Part shown: positions 48,373-58,019 of the stretch, one piece after another
Numbering within the stretch: position 1 is the stretch's first letter
Layout of the letters: every line of letters begins with the position of its first letter
Source: Terriglobales bacterium
GTDB lineage: Bacteria > Acidobacteriota > Terriglobia > Terriglobales > Acidobacteriaceae
Assembly (NCBI GenBank): GCA_049520095.1
Contig: JBEKQC010000017.1
Location: 2,701-66,700 of the forward strand
Direction of reading: 5' to 3'
Length of the DNA: 64,000 nt
The notes under the pieces: model-generated
Database searches by the model: none
Seen by the model: the letters and a program-made list of their open reading frames with translations, nothing else
What the model was told of the DNA's origin: nothing
Translations under genes and position numbers: made by a program

Positions 48373-49221
48373 TTAGCGTGTACGATCGTTCGCGTAGTTG
48401 ACCGGGCTCGGCAGCTCTTCTAGCCCTCGCCCCGCGAAGATTTCCCGGAATTCGTCCAAGAGCGCGTCGTGCACCAGTCCATTCGACGCCAGCGTTTCGC
48501 GGCTTGCGATCTGGAATGGGCCGCCCGAAAAGTCCGTGACCTTCCCGCCCGCTTCTTCGACGACGAGCACTCCCGCCGCCGTGTCCCATGGATTGAGATT
48601 AAATTCCCAGAAACCGTCAAACCGGCCCGAGGCAACATTGCACAGATCAAGCGCGGCCGATCCCGCCCGTCTCACTCCGTGGGTACGCAGCGTGAGCTGG
48701 TGATAGAAATAAATATTCGGGTTCTTATGCCGTTTGTGGCTCGGGAAACCTGTGGCGATCAAGCACTCTCCCAGATTCGCGGTGGCCGAAACACGGATTG
48801 CTTTGTCGTTCAGCCGCGCGCCACTGCCGAGTTCAGCGGCGAACATCTCGTCGCGCGTCGGATCATAAACCACGCCCGCGATCCGATGTCCCCGGCCTTC
48901 GACCGCAAGCGAAACGCAAAACACCGGATAGCCGTGCGCAAAGTTCGTTGTGCCATCGAGCGGATCGACATACCACTTGTACTCCCCGCCAGTTTCAATG
49001 CGTGTTCCCTCTTCACCCATCACGTCATGAGTCGGAAACTGCTTGCGAATGCGCGCCAGGATCAGCGCTTCCGATTCTCGGTCGGCCACGGTAACCAGGT
49101 CCACGTCGCCCTTATATTCAATCTTAACGTGCTGCCGAAAGTGGTCCATCAGCAGGCTGCCCGCTTCGCGCGCCATAGCCTGCATAGGAGAAATCAAATC
49201 CAAAGATTGATGGGATGTCAT
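48373..49221 (-). CDS. suhB: inositol monophosphatase family protein (SuhB-like)
   Basis: Contains DLVTVADRESE, MGEEG, WYVDPLDGTTNFAHG and WDTAAG. Confidence 0.85.
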   Translation of the reverse strand: MTSHQSLDLISPMQAMAREAGSLLMDHFRQHVKIEYKGDVDLVTVADRESEALILARIRKQFPTHDVMGEEGTRIETGGEYKWYVDPLDGTTNFAHGYPVFCVSLAVEGRGHRIAGVVYDPTRDEMFAAELGSGARLNDKAIRVSATANLGECLIATGFPSHKRHKNPNIYFYHQLTLRTHGVRRAGSAALDLCNVASGRFDGFWEFNLNPWDTAAGVLVVEEAGGKVTDFSGGPFQIASRETLASNGLVHDALLDEFREIFAGRGLEELPSPVNYANDRTR

Positions 49222-49263
49222 TCGATGTCTAGGCCTTCGCTTCCACGGCTGGGCGCTGGATCT

Positions 49264-49296
49264 CTGAGAACTGACAACCGGGAACTGAGAGCTGAC
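49264..49296. repeat. heptad-phased repeat, type B (CTGAG/CTGAC units), solo arm
   Basis: The sequence is CTGAGAA CTGACAA CCGGGAA CTGAGAG CTGAC. It lies between the Hfq-like stop and the suhB-like start. Confidence 0.6.
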
Positions 49297-49303
49297 TTAC
49301 CGG

Positions 49304-49567
49304 TTACTTTTTCTTACTGTCTTCCGCGATATAAACAATCTCATGCTTGAAGATGAACAAATTCGGACCATCTTCGCGCGTCACGCGCACCATGTTCTTG
49401 TCGTAGTACTCAATCCAGCCGCGGACCACTTCGCCATCGGCCAGCTTCAGGCTCACGACCTTCTGCTTTTCTCCCAGCGCTTTCAGATAGGCCGCTTCTT
49501 CAAACGTCTCGTCCGGAGGCGGGGTGCGTTTCTTGTTGAATGTCGGATTTCCTGGTTGCAACGGCAT
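49304..49567 (-). CDS. divergent Hfq-like Sm-fold RNA-binding protein
   Basis: EAAYLKALGEKQKVVSLKLADGEVVRGWIEYYDKNMVRVT...FIFKHEIVYI parallels E. coli Hfq [36 protein letters not shown]...MVYKHAISTV. This covers the Sm1 motif and the [YF]KH Sm2 motif. Confidence 0.6.
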   Translation of the reverse strand: MPLQPGNPTFNKKRTPPPDETFEEAAYLKALGEKQKVVSLKLADGEVVRGWIEYYDKNMVRVTREDGPNLFIFKHEIVYIAEDSKKK

Positions 49568-49589
49568 GTTGTCATTTTACAACGCCACG

Positions 49590-52448
49590 TTAGGTCTTCA
49601 TATAAAACGCCGCTTCCTCAGGCCGCACGACCCGCGGTATCCACAACGGACGGCGCAGCCCCCCAGGCCCCGGCGCGGGACGAGTGAGCGCCTTCCACCG
49701 TTGATATACCGCAAAGGAAAGATTGGTATCGACGAAGATGTCGCCGTAGCGGTCGTCGGCGCCAGCCCGCTCCACGCGCACCATCTGGTGCCAGCAGTGC
49801 ATGCCGGTGATGGGGTCGGGATGCACAGGAAAAGTAAGGTTCTGGTGCACGCCAGCATCGCTCCACCAGACTCGCTGCGTGTCGGGATCAGACGTTTCAT
49901 AGCGTTCCACTCCCGAGATCTGGCGCATCTTCCATTGCCCCTTGCCAACTTCTTGCAGGTCGACCCAAGCGCTCGACATGCGTTCGATCTGATCCTCTTT
50001 ATTCAGGCGCCAGCGTCCCATATGGTGAGAGCAGGCGACCACTCCCGGCGCCAGCCCCTCGGTGATCCATGCATGCAATACGAAGAAGCCGATTTCAGTG
50101 TGCACTTTGAGCAAATCGCCAGTACGAATGTCACCGAGCCTCTTAGCGTCCGCCGGATTCAACCAGAGCGGATTCTTATGTGCGATCTCGTAAAGAAATT
50201 TCGAGTTCCCCGACCGTGTGTGAATAAGATGCGGCAATCGGAAAATCGGCAACAGCGTGTACACCTCGCCGTTCGAATCCTTGGGCCATTCCACGAGCGG
50301 CATGTATCGTGGGTCGAACTCTGGATCGAAATCTTCCGCGGGCGTTCCCATGGACGCCGCTTGCGCTGCCCGATGAATGTGGCTGCGATAATATTCCGGA
50401 AGCGCGAACTCCGGCCACTTCCAATCGGCCATGGTTTTCGAAAACAACTCCAGTTTTCGCGAAGGCGTGTTGTAGCCGACAACCGCTTCGCCATTGATCA
50501 TTACGCCGACTGCTTTGCCATCCTTGGTGACCACACCACTCGCTTCGACTTTCGATCCCGATAGATCGGCCGGAGTCACCGGCTTCTCGTTCAGCTTGTA
50601 GACGTCAGTGGTCACTTCATACGCGCCGTACTTGCGCATATATTCAAGCGGCTTCAAGCCCTCTTTTGCAGCGGCCTCTGGCAATCCTGGAACGGAATTT
50701 TCAAAAATCCATCCATAGTATTCGTCAACTGTCAGCTTCTGTCCGGGACGATACGGAGATTCAAACCACTGCCGAATTCCCATCGAACCGTCGGGATCGA
50801 TCGCCCAAGAGAGGTTGATCCAGAACTCATCCTCTTCCCAAACTTCTCCCGGATTCGCCTGATAGGTGTAGTCGAACTTCTTCCCTTCCCGTTCCTGCAG
50901 AACGCGCACCACCGGCTGGCGAAAGCCGATCCACTTTCCGGCGTAAGACTCCTGGCTCATCAGGTCGTGACGCTCCGAGCTGAAGCCCATCGGCAAAACA
51001 TAATCCGCGAACCACGCCGTCTCGCTCCAAGTCGGCGTCAACGCGGCATGCAGGCCGACCTTCTCTTCGTCGCGCAGCATTTCGATCCAGGAAAATCCAT
51101 CGGGATAAGTCCAAACGGGATTGAATACGCGAGTGAAATAAGCTTCGATGCGGCCGCGGCCTTCCTTGAGAAAGTGCGGGAGCAAGGGCGACATTTCATG
51201 AGTGCACAGCGGCCATTCCTGCGGATAGAGCAGTTCATTCCATCGTTTCTGCGGCGGTGGATTCTTGAACGGACGCGGCACGAATTTGTTCCACGCATTC
51301 AGATTGTGTCCGCCGGGAGTTCCCACCGAACCGGTCAGCACATGGAGCAGCATCAATGCGCGTGTCGATTGCCATCCGCCCAAATTGCCGGAGGCGCTGC
51401 CCCGCCACAGATGCGATGCGAAGCGGCTTCCGGCGGTCGCAATCTCGCGGGCGGTCTTGACGATGACCTCCGCCTTCACTCCACTTTCCTTTTCCGCAAA
51501 CTCGGGAGTGAACCTCGCGTAGTGCCGCTTCAGCGCGCCGATCAGGGCTTCGAAACTTTGCCCCTTGGCGGAAAAGCCATCGACTTCAAGTTCTTCCCAG
51601 TTCGTCCAGGTCTTCACGAAGTTGGCATCGAATCGATTTTCGCCAAGGATTACCATCGCCATCGCCAGCAGCACCGCCGCTTCGGTGCCTGGATAGCTCG
51701 GCATCCAGTAATCCGCCATGCTCGCCGTATTCGAAAGCCGCGGGTCCATGACGGCGAGCTTTGCTCCGGCCATTTTCCCTTCGATGATGCGCTGCGCATG
51801 AGGATTGAAATAGTGGCCGGACTCAAGATGCGCGGAGAGCAGCAGAATGAAGCGCGCGTTCGCGTGGTCGGGCGAAGGACGGTCGGCATAGTGCCAAAGC
51901 AGATAGCCAAGCCGCGCCGAAGACGAGCACACATTCGTGTGCGAGTTGTGGCCATCAATGCCCCAGGCCTGCAGGGTGCGCTCCATGATGAAGTCATGGC
52001 CCGGACGGCCCACGTGGTACATGACTTCCTCGCCGCGATTTTCCTGAAACGCTTTGCGGATGCGCGCACCAAAGGTCTCCAATACTTCGCCCCACGAAGT
52101 TCGGGTCCATTTCCCACCGCCGCGCGGCCCGGAGCGCTTCATCGGATAAAGGATGCGATCTGGATCGTGAATCTGCGTGATCGTGGCCGGCCCTTTCGCA
52201 CAAAGGCGTCCGCGGCTGGCCGGATGCTTCGGGTTACCTTCAAACTTCGTAACTTGTCCCGTTTTCTTATCGACATAGGCGAGAAGTCCGCAGGCCGATT
52301 CGCAGTTGAAGCAAATGGTGGGAACAAGCTGGTAGTGCTTTTCTACGCGACGTGGCCAGGCTTCGGCATCGTACTCGACCCAATCGTCCCATTTCTCAAC
52401 CGGCGGACAATACGAAAGATGGCTGCCGTCGCGCTTGAAATCGGTCAT
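49590..52448 (-). CDS. molybdopterin (bis-MGD) oxidoreductase catalytic subunit, no Tat signal; Psr/Phs/Ttr/Soe-like
   Basis: FS0 motif CFNCESAC followed about 27 aa later by CAKG. A candidate Mo-ligand Cys lies in HTNVCSSSARLGY. Length is 952 aa. The N-terminus MTDFKRDGSHLSY has no RRxF leader. Confidence 0.88.
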   Translation of the reverse strand: MTDFKRDGSHLSYCPPVEKWDDWVEYDAEAWPRRVEKHYQLVPTICFNCESACGLLAYVDKKTGQVTKFEGNPKHPASRGRLCAKGPATITQIHDPDRILYPMKRSGPRGGGKWTRTSWGEVLETFGARIRKAFQENRGEEVMYHVGRPGHDFIMERTLQAWGIDGHNSHTNVCSSSARLGYLLWHYADRPSPDHANARFILLLSAHLESGHYFNPHAQRIIEGKMAGAKLAVMDPRLSNTASMADYWMPSYPGTEAAVLLAMAMVILGENRFDANFVKTWTNWEELEVDGFSAKGQSFEALIGALKRHYARFTPEFAEKESGVKAEVIVKTAREIATAGSRFASHLWRGSASGNLGGWQSTRALMLLHVLTGSVGTPGGHNLNAWNKFVPRPFKNPPPQKRWNELLYPQEWPLCTHEMSPLLPHFLKEGRGRIEAYFTRVFNPVWTYPDGFSWIEMLRDEEKVGLHAALTPTWSETAWFADYVLPMGFSSERHDLMSQESYAGKWIGFRQPVVRVLQEREGKKFDYTYQANPGEVWEEDEFWINLSWAIDPDGSMGIRQWFESPYRPGQKLTVDEYYGWIFENSVPGLPEAAAKEGLKPLEYMRKYGAYEVTTDVYKLNEKPVTPADLSGSKVEASGVVTKDGKAVGVMINGEAVVGYNTPSRKLELFSKTMADWKWPEFALPEYYRSHIHRAAQAASMGTPAEDFDPEFDPRYMPLVEWPKDSNGEVYTLLPIFRLPHLIHTRSGNSKFLYEIAHKNPLWLNPADAKRLGDIRTGDLLKVHTEIGFFVLHAWITEGLAPGVVACSHHMGRWRLNKEDQIERMSSAWVDLQEVGKGQWKMRQISGVERYETSDPDTQRVWWSDAGVHQNLTFPVHPDPITGMHCWHQMVRVERAGADDRYGDIFVDTNLSFAVYQRWKALTRPAPGPGGLRRPLWIPRVVRPEEAAFYMKT

Positions 52449-52475
52449 TGCTGAATCTCCATAATGCTTTCCAAA

Positions 52476-54032
52476 CTAGCTATTCGGCACGCTCTGCCCC
52501 GCCATCACAAAGCACCATTCAAAAATCAGCAGTCCAGCTAGAGCCAGCACGCTGGCCAGTCCGGCTGCGATGCGGCTGGACGCACCGAAAGAACCCACTA
52601 GCAAGAGCAATATCGGAATGACTCCACCCACCCCAACTGCCCCGCCCCAAAATGCGCGTGCGAACGGTCCGTGCGTCATCAGTCGAGCCCCGTAGCGCGC
52701 GTTGTCGGTAGTGTGAGGCATCGCAACCTCGCCGAGCAGCATGAGCAAATGCAATCCCAAGCTGATGACTAGCGTGGGAATAGCGAATGACAAAACCTGC
52801 GCCGATCCGCCGATGGCATCCGGAAGCAGCGCCAGCACCGCCGATCCACAGAGCAATGCTTGAACGATCAAATGTGCCGGCAGGAGCGGCGTTTGCCACA
52901 GGTCGCGACCTTCGCATTGTCCGAAGAGAAACGCGGTGTAGGCGGCTGCGCAGAATCCCACCAGCACCGTGGGCCACAACAGGATCGAAGTGACGACAGA
53001 AAATGCCAACACCGCCGCCAACCAGAACACGCCACACAACCCACTGTATGCAATCAGAATGAACGCACCGCGCGCCAACCACGATTTGCTTTGTGGCGTG
53101 AACACCACCCTGAGGAATCGTTCCTTGTGATCGAGATCCCAAACCAGCAGCACCGTGGTTAGCGCCGTGAACAGCAGCGCGACGCTCGCGAGCGCAATAT
53201 CCCTGACCCGGTTACCCGACAATCTTCCCAGCGCCATCGCGATCGCCGGCACAGCAAGCGCGCCCGCGCCGATGGATTTGGTCCAACAATAAGCTGGCAC
53301 CTGCCATCCCCACGGACGCGCATGGGAAACGTCATAAGCCGCCAGTGCATCCTTCTGCAGCAAAGGACTATCGAGCGTATAAGCAGCACCGCCGCCAAAC
53401 ACGGCCGCATTGCGCTGCGACCACATATAAATCGACTCATGACGTGCCGCCGTCGGCACGATCGCGCTCTCATCGCCATCGATGTAGTAGAGCTTGGGCT
53501 GAGTTCCCTGCTCGGGCTTGCGCACGCGCACGGACTCCCGCGCCACCAGTTGCGCCGCTTCGCTCGCAGCATCGCTCAGATCTCCAGCAATGATGGCGTG
53601 TTCCGGGCATACGATCACGCACGCGGGTTCCAATCCAACTTCGGTGCGATGCGCGCAGAAATGGCACTTGGTGGCCGTGCCATCGTCCGGGTCCATATAA
53701 ATCGCATCGTACGGACAGGCCTGCATGCAAGCCTTGCAGCCAATGCAGCGGTCGGAGTTGAAATCGACAATCCCGTCCTTGCGCTGGTACATCGCGGTCA
53801 CCGGACAGATGGTGACGCAGGGAGGCTTCTCGCAATGGTTGCAGCGCGTAACCTGAAATACGCGGCGCGTGTTGGGGAAAACGCCTTTCTCGACGTACTT
53901 GACCCAGGTCCGATTCACGCCCACCGGCACCTGGTTCTCGGTTTTGCACGCCACCGTGCAGGCGTGGCATCCGATGCACTTGCGGTGATCGATTACGAAG
54001 CCGTATTTCATCCGTAGAAGATCTCGACCCAA
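52476..54032 (-). CDS. fusion protein: four-cluster 4Fe-4S ferredoxin subunit plus NrfD/PsrC-like integral membrane subunit
   Basis: The N-terminal roughly 190 aa contain CIGCHACTVAC, CNHCEKPPC, CIGCKACMQACP and CHFCAHR...CVIVCP. The C-terminal roughly 320 aa contain about 8 TM helices with NrfD-like features (WGWQVPAYCWTKSIGAG, SWLARGAF). No signal peptide. The start may be the ATG at 54011. Confidence 0.85.
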   Translation of the reverse strand: MGRDLLRMKYGFVIDHRKCIGCHACTVACKTENQVPVGVNRTWVKYVEKGVFPNTRRVFQVTRCNHCEKPPCVTICPVTAMYQRKDGIVDFNSDRCIGCKACMQACPYDAIYMDPDDGTATKCHFCAHRTEVGLEPACVIVCPEHAIIAGDLSDAASEAAQLVARESVRVRKPEQGTQPKLYYIDGDESAIVPTAARHESIYMWSQRNAAVFGGGAAYTLDSPLLQKDALAAYDVSHARPWGWQVPAYCWTKSIGAGALAVPAIAMALGRLSGNRVRDIALASVALLFTALTTVLLVWDLDHKERFLRVVFTPQSKSWLARGAFILIAYSGLCGVFWLAAVLAFSVVTSILLWPTVLVGFCAAAYTAFLFGQCEGRDLWQTPLLPAHLIVQALLCGSAVLALLPDAIGGSAQVLSFAIPTLVISLGLHLLMLLGEVAMPHTTDNARYGARLMTHGPFARAFWGGAVGVGGVIPILLLLVGSFGASSRIAAGLASVLALAGLLIFEWCFVMAGQSVPNS

Positions 54033-54175
54033 AAAACGTCAGTCAATCATACTTGGGTTGAGGCGATAGGGGAGTTACGTTGGTGACACTTGCCGTGCTG
54101 AAAAAGAAGACCCGATAGAGCGCCGGGCGTCCCCGCCCGGCCACCGAACTGCCAGACGGGCGAGACGTCGTTCCA

Positions 54176-54883
54176 CTAGATCTGATAGTCGATATCTTCC
54201 ATGATCCGCTGCAACGATGCAGACAGCGGCTCACTTCCGCCCGTGCCCTCTAGTTGATGCACTCGTTCCGCTAACCTGTTCACCTCGGACGCAACCGCGG
54301 CCAAGGCCTCCGAAAGCGGATCGTTAATTTGCTTGGGATCGGTGATCACCACTCGCTTGCCTTCCCGAAAAATGATGTGTCCCGGCACGCCCACCACGGT
54401 GGAATCGTCGGGCACGTTGCGCAGCACGACCGATCCCGCGCCAATTCGGCAATTGCTCCCCACCGTGATGTTGCCCAAGATTTTCGCGCCTCCGCCAACC
54501 ACCACGTTGTCGAGAAGCGTCGGGTGCCGCTTCCCGTGCTCCTTGCCCGTTCCACCGAGCGTCACACCCTGATAGAGCGTAACGTCCTCGCCGACAATAG
54601 CAGTCTCGCCAATTACCACGCCCATACCATGATCGATGAACAAACGCCGGCCGATCTGCGCTCCGGGATGGATTTCGATGCCGGTGAGAAGGCGCGCGAC
54701 CTGCGACAACCAGCGCGCCACGAGAAAGAAACCGTGGTTCCACAACCAGTGATTCATGCGATAGAACCACACCGCATGCAGACCGGAGTAGCAGAGATAA
54801 ATTTCCAGGCGCGACTTCGCCGCGGGATCGCGCTCCAGCACCGTGGTAACGTCCTCGCGAATTAGCGACAACAGATGCGGCAT
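54176..54883 (-). CDS. cysE: serine O-acetyltransferase
   Basis: Contains [30 protein letters not shown] and [28 protein letters not shown], with hexapeptide repeats. Confidence 0.9.
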   Translation of the reverse strand: MPHLLSLIREDVTTVLERDPAAKSRLEIYLCYSGLHAVWFYRMNHWLWNHGFFLVARWLSQVARLLTGIEIHPGAQIGRRLFIDHGMGVVIGETAIVGEDVTLYQGVTLGGTGKEHGKRHPTLLDNVVVGGGAKILGNITVGSNCRIGAGSVVLRNVPDDSTVVGVPGHIIFREGKRVVITDPKQINDPLSEALAAVASEVNRLAERVHQLEGTGGSEPLSASLQRIMEDIDYQI

Positions 54884-54928
54884 GGGTCCAAGATTATGGG
54901 TCCAAGATTACGAGGACCGGTTTAAGGA

Positions 54929-55900
54929 TCAGGCCGGAACTTGCGACGTTGGAATCTGCAACGCTTGGTTCCGGAGTCCTTCGAAGAGGATACTACTCAA
55001 GTAGCGCTCGCCGAACGACGGTAGAACCACAACAATCAATTTCCCGACATTTTCAGGACGGCGCGCCACCTGCAAAGCCGCGACCACCGCCGCTCCCGAA
55101 GAGATGCCTACCAGCAGTCCTTCTTCGAGCGGAAGCCGCCGCGCCATGTTGATGGAGTCTTCGTTGCTCACGGTAATCACTTCGTCAACGAAATCCCTCC
55201 GCAGAATGCTCGGAACAAAACCGGCGCCGATGCCTTGAATCTTGTGCGGTGCTGGTTTTCCGCCAGAGAGCACCGGACTATCCGTTGGCTCCACGGCCAC
55301 GGCCTTGAACGACGGCTTCTTCGGCTTGATGTATTCGGAGACACCAGTAATGGTGCCCCCCGTGCCGACCCCGGAAATCAGAAAATCGACGCGCCCGTCC
55401 GTCTCCTCCCAAATCTCGGGACCAGTAGTCTCGTAGTGGATCTTCGGATTGGCCGGGTTGTCGAATTGCTGCAGCATGTAGCCGTCTGCGGTGCTGGCCA
55501 GCAGTTCTTCGGCTTTCAGAACCGCTCCCTTCATTCCCCGCGGACCCGGCGTAAGAACGATCTCGGCGCCCAAAGCCAGCAGTAGCACGCGCCGCTCCAG
55601 GCTCATGGTTTCGGGCATGGTAAGGATGAGCTTGTACCCCTTCACGGCCGCCACAAAGGCGAGAGCGATTCCGGTGTTGCCGCTGGTCGGCTCAATCAGA
55701 ACGGTTTTTCCGGGACGAATCCGGCCGGCACGCTCGGCGTCGGCAATCATGCTCACGCCGATGCGGTCTTTCACACTGCCCAGAGGATTCTGGCTCTCCA
55801 GTTTCGCCACGACTTCGGCGACCGCGCCCTCCGTAACCCGGTTCAGTCGCACCAGCGGCGTGTGGCCGATCAGTTCCGTTACATCTCTTGCGATTTTCAT
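54929..55900 (-). CDS. cysK: cysteine synthase A (O-acetylserine sulfhydrylase)
   Basis: Contains [22 protein letters not shown], the PLP-Lys region [15 protein letters not shown] and GTGGTITG. The track start at 55984 (GTG) adds 28 unlikely residues. Confidence 0.9.
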   Translation of the reverse strand: MKIARDVTELIGHTPLVRLNRVTEGAVAEVVAKLESQNPLGSVKDRIGVSMIADAERAGRIRPGKTVLIEPTSGNTGIALAFVAAVKGYKLILTMPETMSLERRVLLLALGAEIVLTPGPRGMKGAVLKAEELLASTADGYMLQQFDNPANPKIHYETTGPEIWEETDGRVDFLISGVGTGGTITGVSEYIKPKKPSFKAVAVEPTDSPVLSGGKPAPHKIQGIGAGFVPSILRRDFVDEVITVSNEDSINMARRLPLEEGLLVGISSGAAVVAALQVARRPENVGKLIVVVLPSFGERYLSSILFEGLRNQALQIPTSQVPA

Positions 55901-56061
55901 AGATTTTCGATTCTCAGATTTGCCCGTCGATTCTTTCGATTTCTGCGTCGCCACGGCATCAACCTGCCCGGCGCCATTTAACACGATTAACTCTACTATA
56001 TTACTAGTGTATAGTCAAGATTCAAGGGATACAAGCCGCAATTAGTGGCTCAGTGTGAATT

Positions 56062-56208
56062 CTATTTCCGTCGCTTCATGACTAGCCCGAAGACTACGCC
56101 CAAGGCTATTCCGATGCCGACGCCGAAAGGGATGTTATGTAGTGCTACTCCGAGCCCAGCTCCCACGGCGATGCCGATAGCTACTCCCACGCCCATGTAG
56201 TTCTTCAT
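56062..56208 (-). CDS. Gly-zipper micro membrane protein (48 aa, below the ORF-track cutoff)
   Basis: Hand translation gives MKNYMGVGVAIGIAVGAGLGVALHNIPFGVGIGIALGVVFGLVMKRRK. GGAGG lies 5 nt upstream of the ATG. Confidence 0.55.
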   Translation of the reverse strand: MKNYMGVGVAIGIAVGAGLGVALHNIPFGVGIGIALGVVFGLVMKRRK

Positions 56209-56298
56209 GTGCCTCCAGAAATTCCAACAATTTCTCTAGACTCCATCATGGTCCGCGAGACCGGCAACTGACCCACTATCCATCAACACCGCTTTCCG

Positions 56299-58011
56299 CT
56301 AGCGCGGGTGCGGCTTTCGCCGTCCCACCCGCGCCAGGATGCGACGCACTTTCTTGGGAGAAATCGAAAGCCGGGCCGCCACTCGGGACACTTTTCGGCC
56401 TTCGCGTTCCCAGACCCGGGCGATCACAATCTCGGCAAACTCTTCGCTGATTTGCCGGAACGTCTTCTCGCCCACCGCACCCTGCGACCACGCTTTCAGC
56501 GCCGGATGCACGCTTCCCTTGCGCAGAATTTTCGCGCCCAACGTCTGTAGATCCTGCCACATGTTGTTGTCCGGTTGATTTGTCCCGCACGACGCCCGCG
56601 CCAGGTCATATGATTCGCGAGCCGCTTCCGGATTGTCAAAAAACGAATTGCACTGCGTCAATCCCTGCCACAGATGCGCGTTGGCGAGCAACAGATGATG
56701 CTGGGTATGCTTCGCGAGATCAATCGCCTCTTGACTGAACTCGAAGGCGCGGCGCGCATGGCTTCCCGGATCGGCAGCCTCACCGATCTCTTCTTCCACC
56801 TTCGCATTCTCAATCATGCACTCCAGAATGCGCGCCCGGCCCATCAGAATGTAGTCCTGCTTCTCTTCCCCGAGCTCATACGCCGAGGCCGCTTCTGTCT
56901 CGGCCCGCTGAAAATCCCCACCATCGAGGTGGATGTACGCGGCATTCAGGTAAACTGTGCCGGCTCCGTGATGGCTTGGGCGCAACTGGTAAATGGCGCG
57001 GGCGGCCTCCAAGTGCTCGATCGCTTCGCGGCGAAGCTGAATTAGGCGGCCGCGATAGTCATGCTTGCGCGAATCTTTGTTCTGAAGATCGACACCGCGA
57101 ACATCACCCCCGGCCGAGGTCTTTCGCCGCCGCTGGGCGTCGCGGTCGATTCTTTTCTGCAACTGAAGAGCGATTCCGCGCTTGGCAAGTGCCATATTGG
57201 CCAGCGATCGCGCCAGGTTTGCATGCCGCGGATCCCGCTTGCCATAGTAGCGAATCGCGCTCTCGAAAAACTCGATCGCTTTATCGAAGCGGCCTTCCCG
57301 GCGCGCCATGCGTCCGTAGAAGGATTGAATGTTGCCGAGCGTCACATAGTCGTCGGTCTCGCGCAGCGCGTTTTCCGCCGCCTGCGAGATGCGCACGGCT
57401 TCTTTCCATCTGCCCTGCTGAAAATAGAGCCAGCCTTCGAGCACCTGCATCACCGCCGCCATTCGCGGATGCCCTAACCCAACCGCCAGATCCTTTCCCT
57501 TCACGGTGTAGATCAGGGCTTCGTCGTACTCGCCTCGTCTCCGCAGGCAGCGGCCCTTCCAGAAATAAACAATGGCGAGCAGAAACCGGTCGTCCAGCTC
57601 TTCCCCCAAGCTCAGGACGAAGTCAAAATGGCCGATCGCCATTTCCATCGCCTCTTCCGCCATCGCCGCCATTCCCTCGGCCATGCGCAGGCAGATGTAG
57701 TCGACGATCGAGAGCTTCGATCGCAATCCCGTGTCCATGCGTTCGAAGTGTTGCAGAAGTTCTTTGAGCGGCGGCCCGCTGAATCCAATATCGCTCCAGA
57801 TCGCGAGCTGCGCCAGCAGGCGAGCGGCATTTTCTTGGGAGGGATCGAGCTTGGCGATCAGATTCTGGTGCGATCGCAGACAGGCAATCCCGCGCTCGAT
57901 TTCACGCGCGGCAACATGTTCCCGTAACTGCGAGAGGAAGGCTAGTTCAATCGGCACAAGGTGAATCGGGGGGTTGCCGGCAGTACCTCTGCGTCCGTGC
58001 ATCACCATCAA
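56299..58011 (-). CDS. TPR-repeat protein with C-terminal Fis-type helix-turn-helix
   Basis: The central region is repeat-helical (multiple A..Y/F..G TPR-like units). The C-terminus GRKVSRVAARLSISPKKVRRILARVG resembles HTH_8. It starts 8 nt after the aceB stop. Confidence 0.6.
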   Translation of the reverse strand: MMVMHGRRGTAGNPPIHLVPIELAFLSQLREHVAAREIERGIACLRSHQNLIAKLDPSQENAARLLAQLAIWSDIGFSGPPLKELLQHFERMDTGLRSKLSIVDYICLRMAEGMAAMAEEAMEMAIGHFDFVLSLGEELDDRFLLAIVYFWKGRCLRRRGEYDEALIYTVKGKDLAVGLGHPRMAAVMQVLEGWLYFQQGRWKEAVRISQAAENALRETDDYVTLGNIQSFYGRMARREGRFDKAIEFFESAIRYYGKRDPRHANLARSLANMALAKRGIALQLQKRIDRDAQRRRKTSAGGDVRGVDLQNKDSRKHDYRGRLIQLRREAIEHLEAARAIYQLRPSHHGAGTVYLNAAYIHLDGGDFQRAETEAASAYELGEEKQDYILMGRARILECMIENAKVEEEIGEAADPGSHARRAFEFSQEAIDLAKHTQHHLLLANAHLWQGLTQCNSFFDNPEAARESYDLARASCGTNQPDNNMWQDLQTLGAKILRKGSVHPALKAWSQGAVGEKTFRQISEEFAEIVIARVWEREGRKVSRVAARLSISPKKVRRILARVGRRKPHPR

Positions 58012-58019
58012 TTGACGTT

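Noticed and set aside
50967-52454. 495-aa ORF on the plus strand
   Set aside because: It is entirely antisense to the molybdopterin oxidoreductase gene. Its composition is Arg/His/Pro-rich, as expected for an out-of-frame reading of GC-rich coding DNA. It has no motifs.
54033-54175. Looked for a Moco riboswitch or terminator between cysE and the FeS-NrfD gene
   Set aside because: Only a 7-bp GC hairpin (54123-54140) is present, and its U-run lies about 17 nt away. It is neither a canonical terminator nor a recognisable Moco motif.
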